A DNA stretch of 64,000 nt. Origin: Candidatus Poribacteria bacterium. Its GTDB lineage: Bacteria; Poribacteria; WGA-4E; WGA-3G. Shown piece after piece: positions 21,032 through 31,151 of this stretch; within the stretch, counting starts at the first letter, position 1; each line of letters begins with the position of its first letter. A model generated the notes under the pieces. That model was not told the DNA's origin. It made no database searches and saw only the letters and a program-made list of their open reading frames with translations. The DNA lies in assembly GCA_965198235.1 (NCBI GenBank), contig OZ240248.1, positions 2,464,001-2,528,000 of the forward strand, read 5' to 3'. The position numbers and the translations under genes were made by a program.

Positions 21032-22924
21032 TTACCACGGATGCTTATAGGATGGCGTGTTAACGAAACGGTGCATCCCCAATTCCAAGTCGATTTGTGT
21101 GTAGGGTGGCAGTTTGACGTGGAGGGACTTTTCGTTGACCGAGACGGTGTAGTTGGTCTGCCCGTCGTTGACGTTTACTGAGGTGAAATTGTGTTCACCC
21201 ATCGCGCCCGCTTGCACGATAACATCCCGTGGTGCTGTGGTGTTGAGGTTGACCAGTTGCAGTTCGACGGTGTCCACAGTCATCTTGGTAACCAACGCCC
21301 CGACATCGGCTGGCAATCCCGGTCGCTTCTGCTGCCCGTCGAAGTGCCGCACTCGCGTCACGAGTAAGCCTCCGTTGTAATGCGGCAGTGGACCCCCACA
21401 CGTGAGTTGAACAAGTCCTTCACAGGTGATTGGATTACGTCGCTGAAAGTAAGCGTCTCCGTATGACGCAGGGTCTTCGTCATCATCAGCCATGAAGGCG
21501 AGCCGTGCCTCGACTTGAGAGAGGTTGTGGTTGAGGATTGTTTCTGGGTATTCGGGATACTCACCTCGCATGTATGCAAGCCATGCGCCGTCGTGCCCGC
21601 CGCTGTCCTTAATATGATGCCACGCGTTGATGTCGAATTTCGAGCCCGTCCTTTTAGCGATTTTCTCTGCACGGTCCTGGTCCGTGGGTAACATTGACAT
21701 TGCCCATAAGTGCGCGATGTCTGACGGATGCATCGGCATGAACTCAAACCAACCCTCCACTTGCAAAGCGGTGCCGTCCTCGTTTGTAATCGGGTATTGT
21801 AACCAGGGACCCGGCACATAGTTCACCTTACCCGGATCCCCGTACTTCTGTGGAACGTAAAGCTGATCGTTCTTCTCAATCCCCCTTTCAATTAAAACAT
21901 CGATCTGTGAGCGCGGAAAGTCGAGATATGCAAGGTCTCTCCAAAGTAACGTGGCGTTCTGCGCGGCGATGCCTACCGCTTGTCCGACGCTGTGCCATCC
22001 GTGGGGCCAGCTCCAGCCGTAGTATGAGCCATACCATTTGCCGTCTATGTGTTCTCCGATTTTTCCTGACAGTCCGACGTTATCTGGGACAATACCGCCG
22101 TTTTCCTCTGTGCGCGCTATCCACGCATCCATGTATTCCCGGACCCATGTCCTGTATTTCTCTTCCCCGGTCAGCAGATATGCATTCGTGGCGAGAGTCG
22201 TGGCAGCGAGGTTGACGACCGCGTCCCCTACTCCCTGACGTTCACGGATGAGCTGCCCCATACGCGTCCGTAGTGCTTCATTTTCTCTGACGGCTTCATG
22301 ACTCGTGGCTCCGGGGATATCGTAAAACGGCATGTTGTAGCCGTCCCAAGGTGAGAACGGATGTCCAGCGAAAGCCCAGAATGCCGGTCCCTTGCTTCCG
22401 TTCATGGCGCATTTGATGATCTTGTGCTGCTTGTCGTAATTTGGGGCATCTGGATCTTCGTCCATGAAGAACCCCGCAAACCGTTTTGCGCGTTCAATGT
22501 TCTTCGGATTTGACGGGTCCGCCATACAGAGCATGTAAAAGAGGTAGTTCCCTTCGCCTTGGTGGAACCAGTCGTAACCCGGTTGGTATTCTTTGACCAC
22601 CATCGGGTAACCGTGACCTGTCCCATATCGCGCCATATCGTTTGTGATGACATCGAATTCCGTGTGTGCATCAGCCAAGAACCGCGCGTCCCCGCCGAGC
22701 ATGTAAAAGAGGGACCAGTTATGGAAACTCTCGTAGGCATCATCGAGTCCGTCAATGCTCTGGAAATCTGGATGCGTGGGCCAGAACAGAGTCCCATCTG
22801 GGCGCGTATATCTTTCCAGAATTTGCGGTCCTGCGGCATCCATTTTGTCGATGAGTTGGCGTTCCAGCACAGCCCACGTCGGCGGTGTGTTGATGGGTGT
22901 TCGCGCTTCAATCGTTGGAAACAC
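21032..22924 (-). CDS. Hypothetical protein, probably a carbohydrate-active (alpha/alpha)-barrel enzyme
   Basis: 630 aa ORF with AAGGAG RBS; Trp/Tyr/Asp-rich; the fold is an inference. Confidence 0.6.
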   Translation of the reverse strand: MFPTIEARTPINTPPTWAVLERQLIDKMDAAGPQILERYTRPDGTLFWPTHPDFQSIDGLDDAYESFHNWSLFYMLGGDARFLADAHTEFDVITNDMARYGTGHGYPMVVKEYQPGYDWFHQGEGNYLFYMLCMADPSNPKNIERAKRFAGFFMDEDPDAPNYDKQHKIIKCAMNGSKGPAFWAFAGHPFSPWDGYNMPFYDIPGATSHEAVRENEALRTRMGQLIRERQGVGDAVVNLAATTLATNAYLLTGEEKYRTWVREYMDAWIARTEENGGIVPDNVGLSGKIGEHIDGKWYGSYYGWSWPHGWHSVGQAVGIAAQNATLLWRDLAYLDFPRSQIDVLIERGIEKNDQLYVPQKYGDPGKVNYVPGPWLQYPITNEDGTALQVEGWFEFMPMHPSDIAHLWAMSMLPTDQDRAEKIAKRTGSKFDINAWHHIKDSGGHDGAWLAYMRGEYPEYPETILNHNLSQVEARLAFMADDDEDPASYGDAYFQRRNPITCEGLVQLTCGGPLPHYNGGLLVTRVRHFDGQQKRPGLPADVGALVTKMTVDTVELQLVNLNTTAPRDVIVQAGAMGEHNFTSVNVNDGQTNYTVSVNEKSLHVKLPPYTQIDLELGMHRFVNTPSYKHPW

Positions 22925-23116
22925 GGTTTTTTACTCCTTGTATTTGGGTTGCAGTTGGTTGTAGTATATCATATCTTTGCGTGTTTGTGGAACATATGTT
23001 GTTGCATAATCGGAGTCATTCATTCTTCCGTAGGAGGGATCTCCGAATCCCGACTTCCTGCTTGAAGACAGCGGAAAACTGAAGGCTGAATGGCTCTAAT
23101 TATGATTAGGTTTTCC

Positions 23117-23146
23117 TTGACATCTGGTTCCGTATCGTGATATGCT
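23117..23146 (+). promoter_or_regulatory. Sigma-70 promoter at the start of the TA/defence island
   Basis: TTGACA-18bp-TATGCT. Confidence 0.5.
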
Positions 23147-23174
23147 AATTCAATAAAACATCCTATTTTGTATT

Positions 23175-23517
23175 ATGTTAACTGACAACTGATAAAAAAT
23201 CACCGAACAAAGTCTGGATATATGTGTGCAGACCAATTTGCCATTCTGGAAAATTTATCTTGATACCTGTTGTTTGAATAGGCTTTTTGATCCACCAACG
23301 CAACGACGTGTTATTGAAGAAGCTGAATCTACTAATAAGATCCTTACATCTTGCCTGTGCTGAAAGTGGTGAGGTGGACATCTTCCTAACAACCGATGAT
23401 AGGCTCCTCACCAGAGCACAACGCTATCACGAACGACTTCACGTCCGCGTCGAAAACCCTGAAACATGGTTACGCGAGGTAACAGAAAATGGACATCTTA
23501 AAGATGACGGATCTTGA
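23175..23517 (+). pseudogene. PIN-domain toxin with an internal deletion and frameshift
   Basis: N-terminal KIYLDTCCLNRLFD..TQRRVIEEAE in one frame; C-terminal LHLACAESGEVDIFLTTDDRLL...VENP in another; the middle is missing. Confidence 0.75.
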
Positions 23518-23962
23518 AATTTATGAAATGGGTTTGGAAGAACTGGCGTCGCAACTCGGTCCTGCTGAGAAGATGCGGTTCCTTCAGCAATGTAAGCCGA
23601 GTGACTACGATTATACTGCCGAGCGACATAAATGCTTAGCAAATCAGCCTGGTATTGACGAGATTGTAGCGCGTATCCGGCGGAGAGAAGCAGAGCGAAA
23701 AGAGGAAGAACGTATCAAAGCTGAAAGAATCACCGCGTGGCGAAACGGTTTATTGGAACTCACTGATATTGAAATCTATGAACTCGGGCTTAAAGTCTTG
23801 GCAGATGGCCTGGGTGCTTACGGATTATTGCGGTTTATCACGCAGCATTTCAAACATCTCAACAGCGATCAACCTATTGACCAGCCGCAGCAGCCATTGC
23901 CAGACAACGATACCAGCGTAGTACCAAACCAACAAATACGAGAAACCGATCCGCAGGATTAA
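23489..23962 (+). CDS. Putative antitoxin partner of the PIN toxin, internally duplicated
   Basis: TDLEIYEMGLEELASQLG..MRF repeated as TDIEIYELGLKVLADGLG..LRF; DYTAERH motif; overlaps the PIN gene end. Confidence 0.65.
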   Translation: MDILKMTDLEIYEMGLEELASQLGPAEKMRFLQQCKPSDYDYTAERHKCLANQPGIDEIVARIRRREAERKEEERIKAERITAWRNGLLELTDIEIYELGLKVLADGLGAYGLLRFITQHFKHLNSDQPIDQPQQPLPDNDTSVVPNQQIRETDPQD

Positions 23963-24289
23963 TTGGATTTCTTAATTTCCGAGCCTCTGGAGGAAAAAAG
24001 GAAAGGAAACACTCAGAAGGTTTTGATAGGGAGACATACAATAAAACAGAACGAATTTCCTCCAGGTTGGGATGAAGAGCGTGTGCAGAGTGTCATCTCA
24101 TACTACGGGCAGCAGACTGAGGATGAGGCTGTTGCTGAAGCTGAAGCTGGATTACAGGATGAATCTATAACACTGATGGAAGTTCCAACGGAATTAGTGC
24201 CTGTCATCCTTGAATTGATTTCTAAGCACTCGACGGATAATTTAACAACAGGTCAAAACAAAACGTCTAATGGATCTACAGATATTTAG
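23963..24289 (+). CDS. Small antitoxin-like protein; likely true start (24041) is now ATA
   Basis: FPPGWDEERVQSVI..Y..QTEDEAVAE...MEVPTELVP; GGAGA RBS precedes the in-frame ATA. Confidence 0.55.
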   Translation: MDFLISEPLEEKRKGNTQKVLIGRHTIKQNEFPPGWDEERVQSVISYYGQQTEDEAVAEAEAGLQDESITLMEVPTELVPVILELISKHSTDNLTTGQNKTSNGSTDI

Positions 24290-24376
24290 TGCTGACAGAA
24301 CACTTTGATGGACAGGCAACGATTTGCTCATTTATGGGATAGTTGCTAATACCAGACGAAATTTTAGAGAAAGTAG

Positions 24377-25906
24377 ATGAACACCCAGTCTAATTCCCAA
24401 AATGAACTCAGCAGGGTTTTGGAAAAAATTCAAGAAATAGTAGAAAAATCCGCTGATGGTGACTACATTTATCGAGGTGAACCGGAAGAGTATAAAGAAC
24501 ATCCCTACCATGGAAAAGTTTCTTCAAGTCTGTATCGCGCGTTATTAATTGATTCTGTAATGGAAGAGGGTATAGAAGAGTACCGTAAAGTTATTGAATC
24601 TAATATTACGGACATGGAAATAGGAATTTTGGAATCGGCAAAAGAGTATTTGTATGAAAATGTCAATGGGACAATCAGTGATTTTGAAATCTTGGCGGAG
24701 CTCCAGCACTATGGCTGTAAAACCAATCTTATAGATTTCACCACTGATTATCTAATTGCCCTCTTTTTTGCTTGTGATGGATCCTATCACAGAGATGGCA
24801 GGGTTATCTTACAAAAAAGAGAATCGGAAGATTACCAATCAGAAATACCTCCAGAAACAATTAAACGGGTGGAATCCCAGAAAAGTATACTGCTCCAGTC
24901 GCCAAAAGGTTTTATCAATCCAGACGTTGTGGTGATTATTCCAAAAGAACTCAAACTTTCTGTGCTAAACTATCTCGAAAAGCATCACGATATATCTACC
25001 AAAAAGATTTACAAAGATGTCCATGGATTTATTAAATGGCTCGGCAAGTACTTTGATCCTACTCTTGAGTTTGGTAAAGGGGTAAGTTGTCAAAACAGGG
25101 CAGGTTTAGAAAATAACATGCAGGAGAAGTTGAAATGGTATGAAAAAGCTTATGAGCATTTTACTGAAGCATTAAAGCTAAAATCTGATTTTACCGAAGC
25201 TTATATTACTCGCGGAGCTGTTTTTCGCGATGTTGGCGAGTTTGAGCTTGCTCTCAAAGACTTTAATGTTGCAATAGAGATAGATCCAGAGTTTGCCAAT
25301 GCGTATAATGAGCGTGGAGTATATTATGCTAAAATAGGTGATACTGAAAAAGCACTAAATGACTTCAACCTTGCTATAGATTTGGATTCAGAGGATGAAG
25401 ATTTCTATAATAGTCGAGGCATAACTTACAAAGATACGGGTGAGGTAGATTTGGCGATACAAGACTATAATAAGGCAATAGAATTGAATCCTGAGTTTCC
25501 TGAGGCTTATAATAATCTTGGTGTTGTTTATGATGAGAAAGGCGAACATGAAAAGGCTGTTGATTACTATAGTAAAGCAATAGAGTTAAGATCCTATTAT
25601 GCCAATGCCTATAATAATCGGGGAATGGCTTACCGTGATAAGGGTGATGTTGTTCATGCTATTTTTGACTTTAGCTTTGCCATACTATTAAAATCTGATG
25701 ATGCTAGTACTTATTATTATCGCGGCGAGGCTTTGTTGCGCATAGAACGATGGAAAGAAGCCAGAGCGGATCTAAAGGAATCCAACAATAGAGGCGTGGA
25801 TATCATCGCTTTGTTTCATAATGATTACAAAAGCGTTGAGGACTTTGAACGGAAAAATAAGGTTCAGTTACCGGAGGACATTGCGGCAATGTTACGGCTA
25901 CAGTAA
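24377..25906 (+). CDS. FRG domain plus tetratricopeptide repeat protein
   Basis: YIYRGE, LQHYGCKTNLIDFTTD..IALFFAC, RVESQKS; TPRs (AYNERG, FYNSRG, AYNNLG, AYNNRG); AT-rich. Confidence 0.88.
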   Translation: MNTQSNSQNELSRVLEKIQEIVEKSADGDYIYRGEPEEYKEHPYHGKVSSSLYRALLIDSVMEEGIEEYRKVIESNITDMEIGILESAKEYLYENVNGTISDFEILAELQHYGCKTNLIDFTTDYLIALFFACDGSYHRDGRVILQKRESEDYQSEIPPETIKRVESQKSILLQSPKGFINPDVVVIIPKELKLSVLNYLEKHHDISTKKIYKDVHGFIKWLGKYFDPTLEFGKGVSCQNRAGLENNMQEKLKWYEKAYEHFTEALKLKSDFTEAYITRGAVFRDVGEFELALKDFNVAIEIDPEFANAYNERGVYYAKIGDTEKALNDFNLAIDLDSEDEDFYNSRGITYKDTGEVDLAIQDYNKAIELNPEFPEAYNNLGVVYDEKGEHEKAVDYYSKAIELRSYYANAYNNRGMAYRDKGDVVHAIFDFSFAILLKSDDASTYYYRGEALLRIERWKEARADLKESNNRGVDIIALFHNDYKSVEDFERKNKVQLPEDIAAMLRLQ

Positions 25907-26053
25907 ACCGCAATCTTGATACACTGATCCCGGATTCTCCATTTTTCTTTATATACTTCACATTGTTGTGGTATGTTAATTCGGTAGAATACATTAACAT
26001 GGTCTTACCTATAGAAACCTCTCAACACCTACTTTAGTACATAGGAGACAAAT

Positions 26054-26857
26054 GTGTATTTTGGCAACGATCAGTTCAGAATAATCAACGGAAATGTACT
26101 GACTACACGCGCTATAAAAAAAGACAGCATTGACCTCATCGTTACATCACCACCTTACAACGTTGATATAGAATATAACTCAAATGACGATGCCCTTTCT
26201 TATGCCGACTATCTTGCCTTTTCCAAAAAATGGTTCAAGCGTTGTTTTCAATGGCTTAAGTCTGATGGACGTTTCTGCCTTAATATCCCATTAGACAAAA
26301 ATAAAGGTGGACAGCAGCACGTCGGCGCGGATTTAACCAAACTGGCAACGGCTATCGGATTTCAGTACCACTCTACTATTGTATGGAACGAAGGCAACAT
26401 CTCCAGACGAACTGCTTGGGGGTCATGGATGAGGGCATCCGCCCCTTATGTCATTGCCCCTGTTGAACTGATTGTTGTTCTCTACAAAGATCAGTGGAAG
26501 AAAACAAGCGGAAGCGGTGAATCGGATATGAACCGGGAAGAATTCATGGAATGGACAAACGGTCTCTGGACTTTTCCCGGTGAGAGTAAGAAACGCATTG
26601 GACACCCCGCTCCCTTTCCTTTGGAACTTCCACGTCGCTGCATCAAACTCTTTAGTTACGTAGGTGACACTGTCCTTGATCCGTTTATGGGAAGTGGGAC
26701 TACCTTGGTTGCCGCCCACTTAAACAAACGACATGGCATCGGAATTGATGTTGATGAAGGGTACTGCAAACTCGCGAAAGAGCGAGTGAGTCAGGCTGCG
26801 AATCAATTATATCTATTTGAAGGAGAGAAAAAATCACATGGCGAGGACAATTCGTGA
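26054..26857 (+). CDS. Beta-class amino DNA methyltransferase (probably N4-cytosine)
   Basis: TSPPYN motif IV precedes HPAPFP and DPFMGSGTT motif I. Confidence 0.92.
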   Translation: MYFGNDQFRIINGNVLTTRAIKKDSIDLIVTSPPYNVDIEYNSNDDALSYADYLAFSKKWFKRCFQWLKSDGRFCLNIPLDKNKGGQQHVGADLTKLATAIGFQYHSTIVWNEGNISRRTAWGSWMRASAPYVIAPVELIVVLYKDQWKKTSGSGESDMNREEFMEWTNGLWTFPGESKKRIGHPAPFPLELPRRCIKLFSYVGDTVLDPFMGSGTTLVAAHLNKRHGIGIDVDEGYCKLAKERVSQAANQLYLFEGEKKSHGEDNS

Positions 26858-27425
26858 ACTTGTGTTAGAGTATTTCGTGAATCATCCTAACGAAGAACTT
26901 CAGCATGGCCCCGTAGTTGACTGGGTGTCGGAACAGTACTTTCAAGAACAGGGTAAAACTCCGAGGGACCCATGGCGAACCGTCAGGCAACTCCATCAAG
27001 AGGGAAAATTAATCAAAGTCCGGAAGGGCATTTACAAGTACGACCCGAGTTACGTACACGAGGTTGTGCTCTTTGAGTTTTCTCCGCGGGACAGAGAAGT
27101 TATTTTTGAACGTGATGGCCGTCGTTGTGTCGTTTGTGGACGTGGGGAGGCAGATGGCGTTACGCTTGCTGCTGACCATATCAAACCGAAAGATAGGGGC
27201 GGCACGAATACTATTGGAAACGGACAAACCCTCTGTTATGAACATAATTTGCGCAAGAGTAACTATTCGCAGACCGAAGCAGGTAAAAGGTATTTTATCA
27301 GGATGTACGAGACGGCGTTGAAAAATCAGGACGAAAGAATGATAGCGTTCTGTCAAGCCGTTTTTGATGTGTACGATGCACATGGTGTTAACGGGCATAT
27401 TGACCGCCCTGACACGGAAAATTGA
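26838..27425 (+). CDS. HNH endonuclease, candidate restriction partner of the methyltransferase
   Basis: RDGRRCVVCG...DHIKP...GG.N...NGQTLCYEHN; overlaps the MTase end. Confidence 0.85.
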   Translation: MARTIRELVLEYFVNHPNEELQHGPVVDWVSEQYFQEQGKTPRDPWRTVRQLHQEGKLIKVRKGIYKYDPSYVHEVVLFEFSPRDREVIFERDGRRCVVCGRGEADGVTLAADHIKPKDRGGTNTIGNGQTLCYEHNLRKSNYSQTEAGKRYFIRMYETALKNQDERMIAFCQAVFDVYDAHGVNGHIDRPDTEN

Positions 27426-27499
27426 CTTATTTGGTTTTGACAATTGACTCCAATTTGCGTATAAAACAGATAAATTTAATCATTCATAGTGAGTGATCA

Positions 27500-28348
27500 A
27501 TGCTAACACAAACCATCTCTGATATTGCAAAGTGTAGGGAAACGATTGAAGAGCACAAGTTTGATGAGACTGCGACTAAACAGTACATCGTTATCCCTAT
27601 CCTAAGATCTCTGGGTTGGCACGACAGCAATTTGTATACTTTAGAGGTTTATCCAGAAAAGAAAGTCGGCAGTGGAAAAGTTGACTATGCCTTGCGACAC
27701 GGTGAGACTTCTTTAGTATTCATTGAGTGCAAACGTTGGGGGGCAAGGATTGAAAAATTTCAGGAGCAAATTTGCCAGTACGCCTTTCAAGCGGGGATAG
27801 AAATAGCCGTTATCACTAATGGGAAAATATGGGACTTCTACCTTCCTCATCTAACAAGTACACCTGAAAGAAGGATCATTCCGTGGGAGGATAGAATTTT
27901 CTGTTCCATCGATCTTGAGATACAGCAAGAGGCAATATCTGACTTCCAAAGATATCTTTCTAAATCTAATGTTGAGCAAGGCAAAGCAAAGACGGAAGCC
28001 CAAGAAGCGTTTCAACCCCAATTGTCCGATACTCCTTCACCACGGCGAAATTATGGGCTACCGATTCTGAGAGCCTTGGAAAGTCTTGGAGGTTCCGGTG
28101 CAACTCACCAAGTCTTGGATTTGGTTTATCAATTCATGGAAGAGGCTAACGAACTACGGGAAATAGATAAGTCACGCCGGTCAGACGGTCAGTTTTATTG
28201 GGATAATCGGACCCAAGACATGCGACGAGAATTAATCAGTAAAGGTCTAATGAAGGATGATTCTCCGCGCGGTGTTTGGGAAATTTCTGATATGGGGCGT
28301 GAGTATCTTCTTAATAATGGAGAAAATTTAAATGGTGAAGAACACTGA
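27500..28348 (+). CDS. HsdR-N-like PD-(D/E)xK nuclease fused to an Mrr-N-like winged helix
   Basis: ETATKQYIVIPILRSLGW, VDYAL..FIECK, Q..QY, ITNG; C-terminal PILRALESLGG...RGVWEISD.G. Confidence 0.75.
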   Translation: MLTQTISDIAKCRETIEEHKFDETATKQYIVIPILRSLGWHDSNLYTLEVYPEKKVGSGKVDYALRHGETSLVFIECKRWGARIEKFQEQICQYAFQAGIEIAVITNGKIWDFYLPHLTSTPERRIIPWEDRIFCSIDLEIQQEAISDFQRYLSKSNVEQGKAKTEAQEAFQPQLSDTPSPRRNYGLPILRALESLGGSGATHQVLDLVYQFMEEANELREIDKSRRSDGQFYWDNRTQDMRRELISKGLMKDDSPRGVWEISDMGREYLLNNGENLNGEEH

Positions 28349-29162
28349 TGAACCTATCAAAGCAGCACCAACCGCGAGATCTGATGGCGAACTTAGCGGT
28401 ATGAGAAACATTCTTGAGGATGCTCTTTACGAGATGGGTTATGATGGTACATTGGTAGACATACTGATAGAAAGAAATGTCATTGATTTCAGCGTTGTTG
28501 ACTACACAAGTGATATTAAATACCAACTCGAAGAGCATTATGGAGAATCTATTTTATGGGATAATAGTCTTGAAGAACTTGTTGTCTCTGAGGGGTTGGA
28601 ACTTTCTCTAACAGGGGAATTGGGTAGAAGTTGGCGTGCTTCTGAGGGGGACACTTTTCAAGATCGGATCCGGCATGTTATCACCGATCCAATTGAAAAG
28701 TTAGGGATGAAAATGATTACCCGCTATGAGTTAGTGAAGGATAGTGTTCTCCCCGAAGAACTGGAACGTGTTAAACGGCATTTGGCGATTGATTACGGGG
28801 AATTCAACGCGTATCTCCCGCATGTTAATCTTGTTATTTACACTTCCGAAAATTCCCACATTATCGCTGTAATCGTCTGCGAAGTTAATTTGAAACAACA
28901 AATCTTTGATATGGCTTATTGGAAACTCAAACTTCAGGCAGACGAGGATAGTGCTTCCATCAAATACTATCTTGTCACGGCTGACATAGACGAGACCCTA
29001 AAAGCTTCAGATTTACCACAACAGATTGGTCGAGCCATTATAGAGACGGATCTTGATGGCACTTATGTGCTAACAAAGGAAAATCTTGAGGAAAGCGATA
29101 AGGTCAAACTGTTTGAACATTTCATCGAAGATTTTAAAAAAGTCATAGGAGAGAACCAATAG
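28332..29162 (+). CDS. BsaWI-like type II restriction endonuclease homologue, probably inactive
   Basis: SWRASEG..., YWKLKL, ETDLDGTYVL, EESDKVKLFEHFI; catalytic region reads PHVNL...CEVNLKQQ. Confidence 0.6.
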   Translation: MVKNTDEPIKAAPTARSDGELSGMRNILEDALYEMGYDGTLVDILIERNVIDFSVVDYTSDIKYQLEEHYGESILWDNSLEELVVSEGLELSLTGELGRSWRASEGDTFQDRIRHVITDPIEKLGMKMITRYELVKDSVLPEELERVKRHLAIDYGEFNAYLPHVNLVIYTSENSHIIAVIVCEVNLKQQIFDMAYWKLKLQADEDSASIKYYLVTADIDETLKASDLPQQIGRAIIETDLDGTYVLTKENLEESDKVKLFEHFIEDFKKVIGENQ

Positions 29163-29166
29163 CATA

Positions 29167-30060
29167 ATGAAAATTGCAAATGCCCCGTGTTCGTGGGGCG
29201 TGCTTGAGTTTGAATTGGATGGTGAATCCCCCGGTTACGCACAAGTGTTAAACGAGATGCACGAAATCGGTTATATCGGCACCGAATTAGGCGATTGGGG
29301 GTTTATGCCGACGGACGCAAAATACCTCCGTACCGAACTTGCGTCACGTAAGTTGAAAATGTTAGGGGCGTTCGTCGGGGTCGCACTCGCCGATCCAGAG
29401 ACGCATGCTGCAGGTGAAGCATCGGCACTGCGTCACGCCCGTTTGTTAGCGGATACTGCTGGTGAAACACCCTTCATCGTGCTATCGGATGACAACGCCA
29501 CCACGGAACTGCGTACACACTATGCTGGTCGTATCCGTCCTGAACACGGATTGACACCAGCACAGTGGGATACTTTCCTACAAGGCGCGCACCGTATCGC
29601 CCGATCTGTCCGAGACGAGACAGGACTTCGCACGGTTTTTCATCCACATTGTGCGGGATATGTAGAAACAGCAGCAGAAATTGACACGTTAATGGAACGC
29701 ACCGATCCGAACCTCATCGGATTGTGTTTCGATACGGGACATTACCGATTCGGTGGCGGTGATCCGATTGAAGCGTTTGCTCGCCACACTGACCGAGTCT
29801 GGCACGTCCATTTCAAGGATTGTCATCCCGATGTCGCTGCCCGTTCTCGTAGAGACGGGTGGGATTATTTCGAGTCTGTTGGCAACGGCGTTTTCTGCGA
29901 GTTAGGTAATGGGGACGTTGATTTCCCAGCGTTCCTTGAAGAATTGCGAAAGCGGAACTACGATGGTTGGATCGTTGTGGAGCAGGATGTCTTGCCGGGG
30001 ATGGGTAGTCCTTACGAGAGCGCGGAGCGGAATTTGCGGTATCTGAATTCAATCTTGTAG
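29167..30060 (+). CDS. iolE: Inosose dehydratase-like TIM-barrel (IolE family)
   Basis: ANAPCSWG, FHPHC, DTGH, HVHFKD, VVEQD; next to iolG. Confidence 0.75.
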   Translation: MKIANAPCSWGVLEFELDGESPGYAQVLNEMHEIGYIGTELGDWGFMPTDAKYLRTELASRKLKMLGAFVGVALADPETHAAGEASALRHARLLADTAGETPFIVLSDDNATTELRTHYAGRIRPEHGLTPAQWDTFLQGAHRIARSVRDETGLRTVFHPHCAGYVETAAEIDTLMERTDPNLIGLCFDTGHYRFGGGDPIEAFARHTDRVWHVHFKDCHPDVAARSRRDGWDYFESVGNGVFCELGNGDVDFPAFLEELRKRNYDGWIVVEQDVLPGMGSPYESAERNLRYLNSIL

Positions 30061-30107
30061 CAGTAAGATAGAAATTGACGTACCGCGTGGGAGTTAGGAG
30101 ACCTTTG

Positions 30108-31133
30108 ATGAACAGCCCCTCAAAAATCGGTGTTGGCGTTATCGGTACCGGACGCATCGGTAAACTGCACATTGAACACCTCGCCCAGAACGTACCAGAA
30201 GCCGAACTGATCGCCATTTGCAGTTTGGACCCGCCGGGTATTGAATCTCTCGCGAAACAGTTTAATGTCCCAAAGACAACTAACGATTATACCGCGCTTT
30301 TGGCTGACCCGCAGATTGAAGCGGTGTTAGTGGCGTCTGCTACCGATACGCACGTCGAAATTAGCCAAGCCGCCGCGCAGGCGGGGAAACATGTCTTTTG
30401 TGAGAAACCGATCTCCTTGGATTTGGAACAGATTGATGAAACCTTAGCGATTGTGGAAAGGGCAGGAGTCAAGTTTCAGGTCGGTTTCAACCGTCGGTTT
30501 GATGCGAGTTTCATGCGGGTTCGCGAAGCGGTTGCTTCTGGAGAGATTGGCGACCCGCACATCATACGGATCACAAGCCGAGACCCCTCACCACCACCGA
30601 TTGAATACGTCAAGGTCTCTGGCGGGATTTTTCTTGACATGACGATTCATGATTTCGATATGGCACGCTATCTCATCGGGGACGAGGTTGTTGAGGTCTA
30701 TGCAACAGGGGGTGTGCGCGTTGATCCACAAATCGGTGAGGCAGGCGACATTGACACTGCCGTTATCACTTTACGGTTCCAAAATGGGGTTATCGCAACC
30801 ATTGATAACAGCAGAGAGGCTGTCTACGGTTACGACCAGCGTGTTGAGGTCTTCGGTTCAAAAGGGATGGTAACGGCGGCGAATCCGCTGACAAATACCG
30901 TTACCTTTAGCGGTAGTGAAGGGAGACACGCTGCCTCCCCTCCGTATTTCTTTGTGGAACGCTATAAGCCTGCGTTTCTTTCAGAGTTGCAAGCGTTCTT
31001 TGCGTGCATTCAGGAAGACACGCCACCGCCAGTTACAGGGAAGGATGGTAAGGCACCTGTCGTGATGGGTTTCGCAGCGTTGAAGTCGCTTCGTGAAAAC
31101 CGTCCTGTCCTCTTATCGGAGATTGAGTCGTAA
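30108..31133 (+). CDS. iolG: myo-Inositol 2-dehydrogenase
   Basis: GTGRIG, CEKP, GFNRRFD, DMTIHDFD, YGYDQRVEVFG. Confidence 0.9.
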   Translation: MNSPSKIGVGVIGTGRIGKLHIEHLAQNVPEAELIAICSLDPPGIESLAKQFNVPKTTNDYTALLADPQIEAVLVASATDTHVEISQAAAQAGKHVFCEKPISLDLEQIDETLAIVERAGVKFQVGFNRRFDASFMRVREAVASGEIGDPHIIRITSRDPSPPPIEYVKVSGGIFLDMTIHDFDMARYLIGDEVVEVYATGGVRVDPQIGEAGDIDTAVITLRFQNGVIATIDNSREAVYGYDQRVEVFGSKGMVTAANPLTNTVTFSGSEGRHAASPPYFFVERYKPAFLSELQAFFACIQEDTPPPVTGKDGKAPVVMGFAALKSLRENRPVLLSEIES

Positions 31134-31151
31134 GAATCTGAGTCGCTTGTG

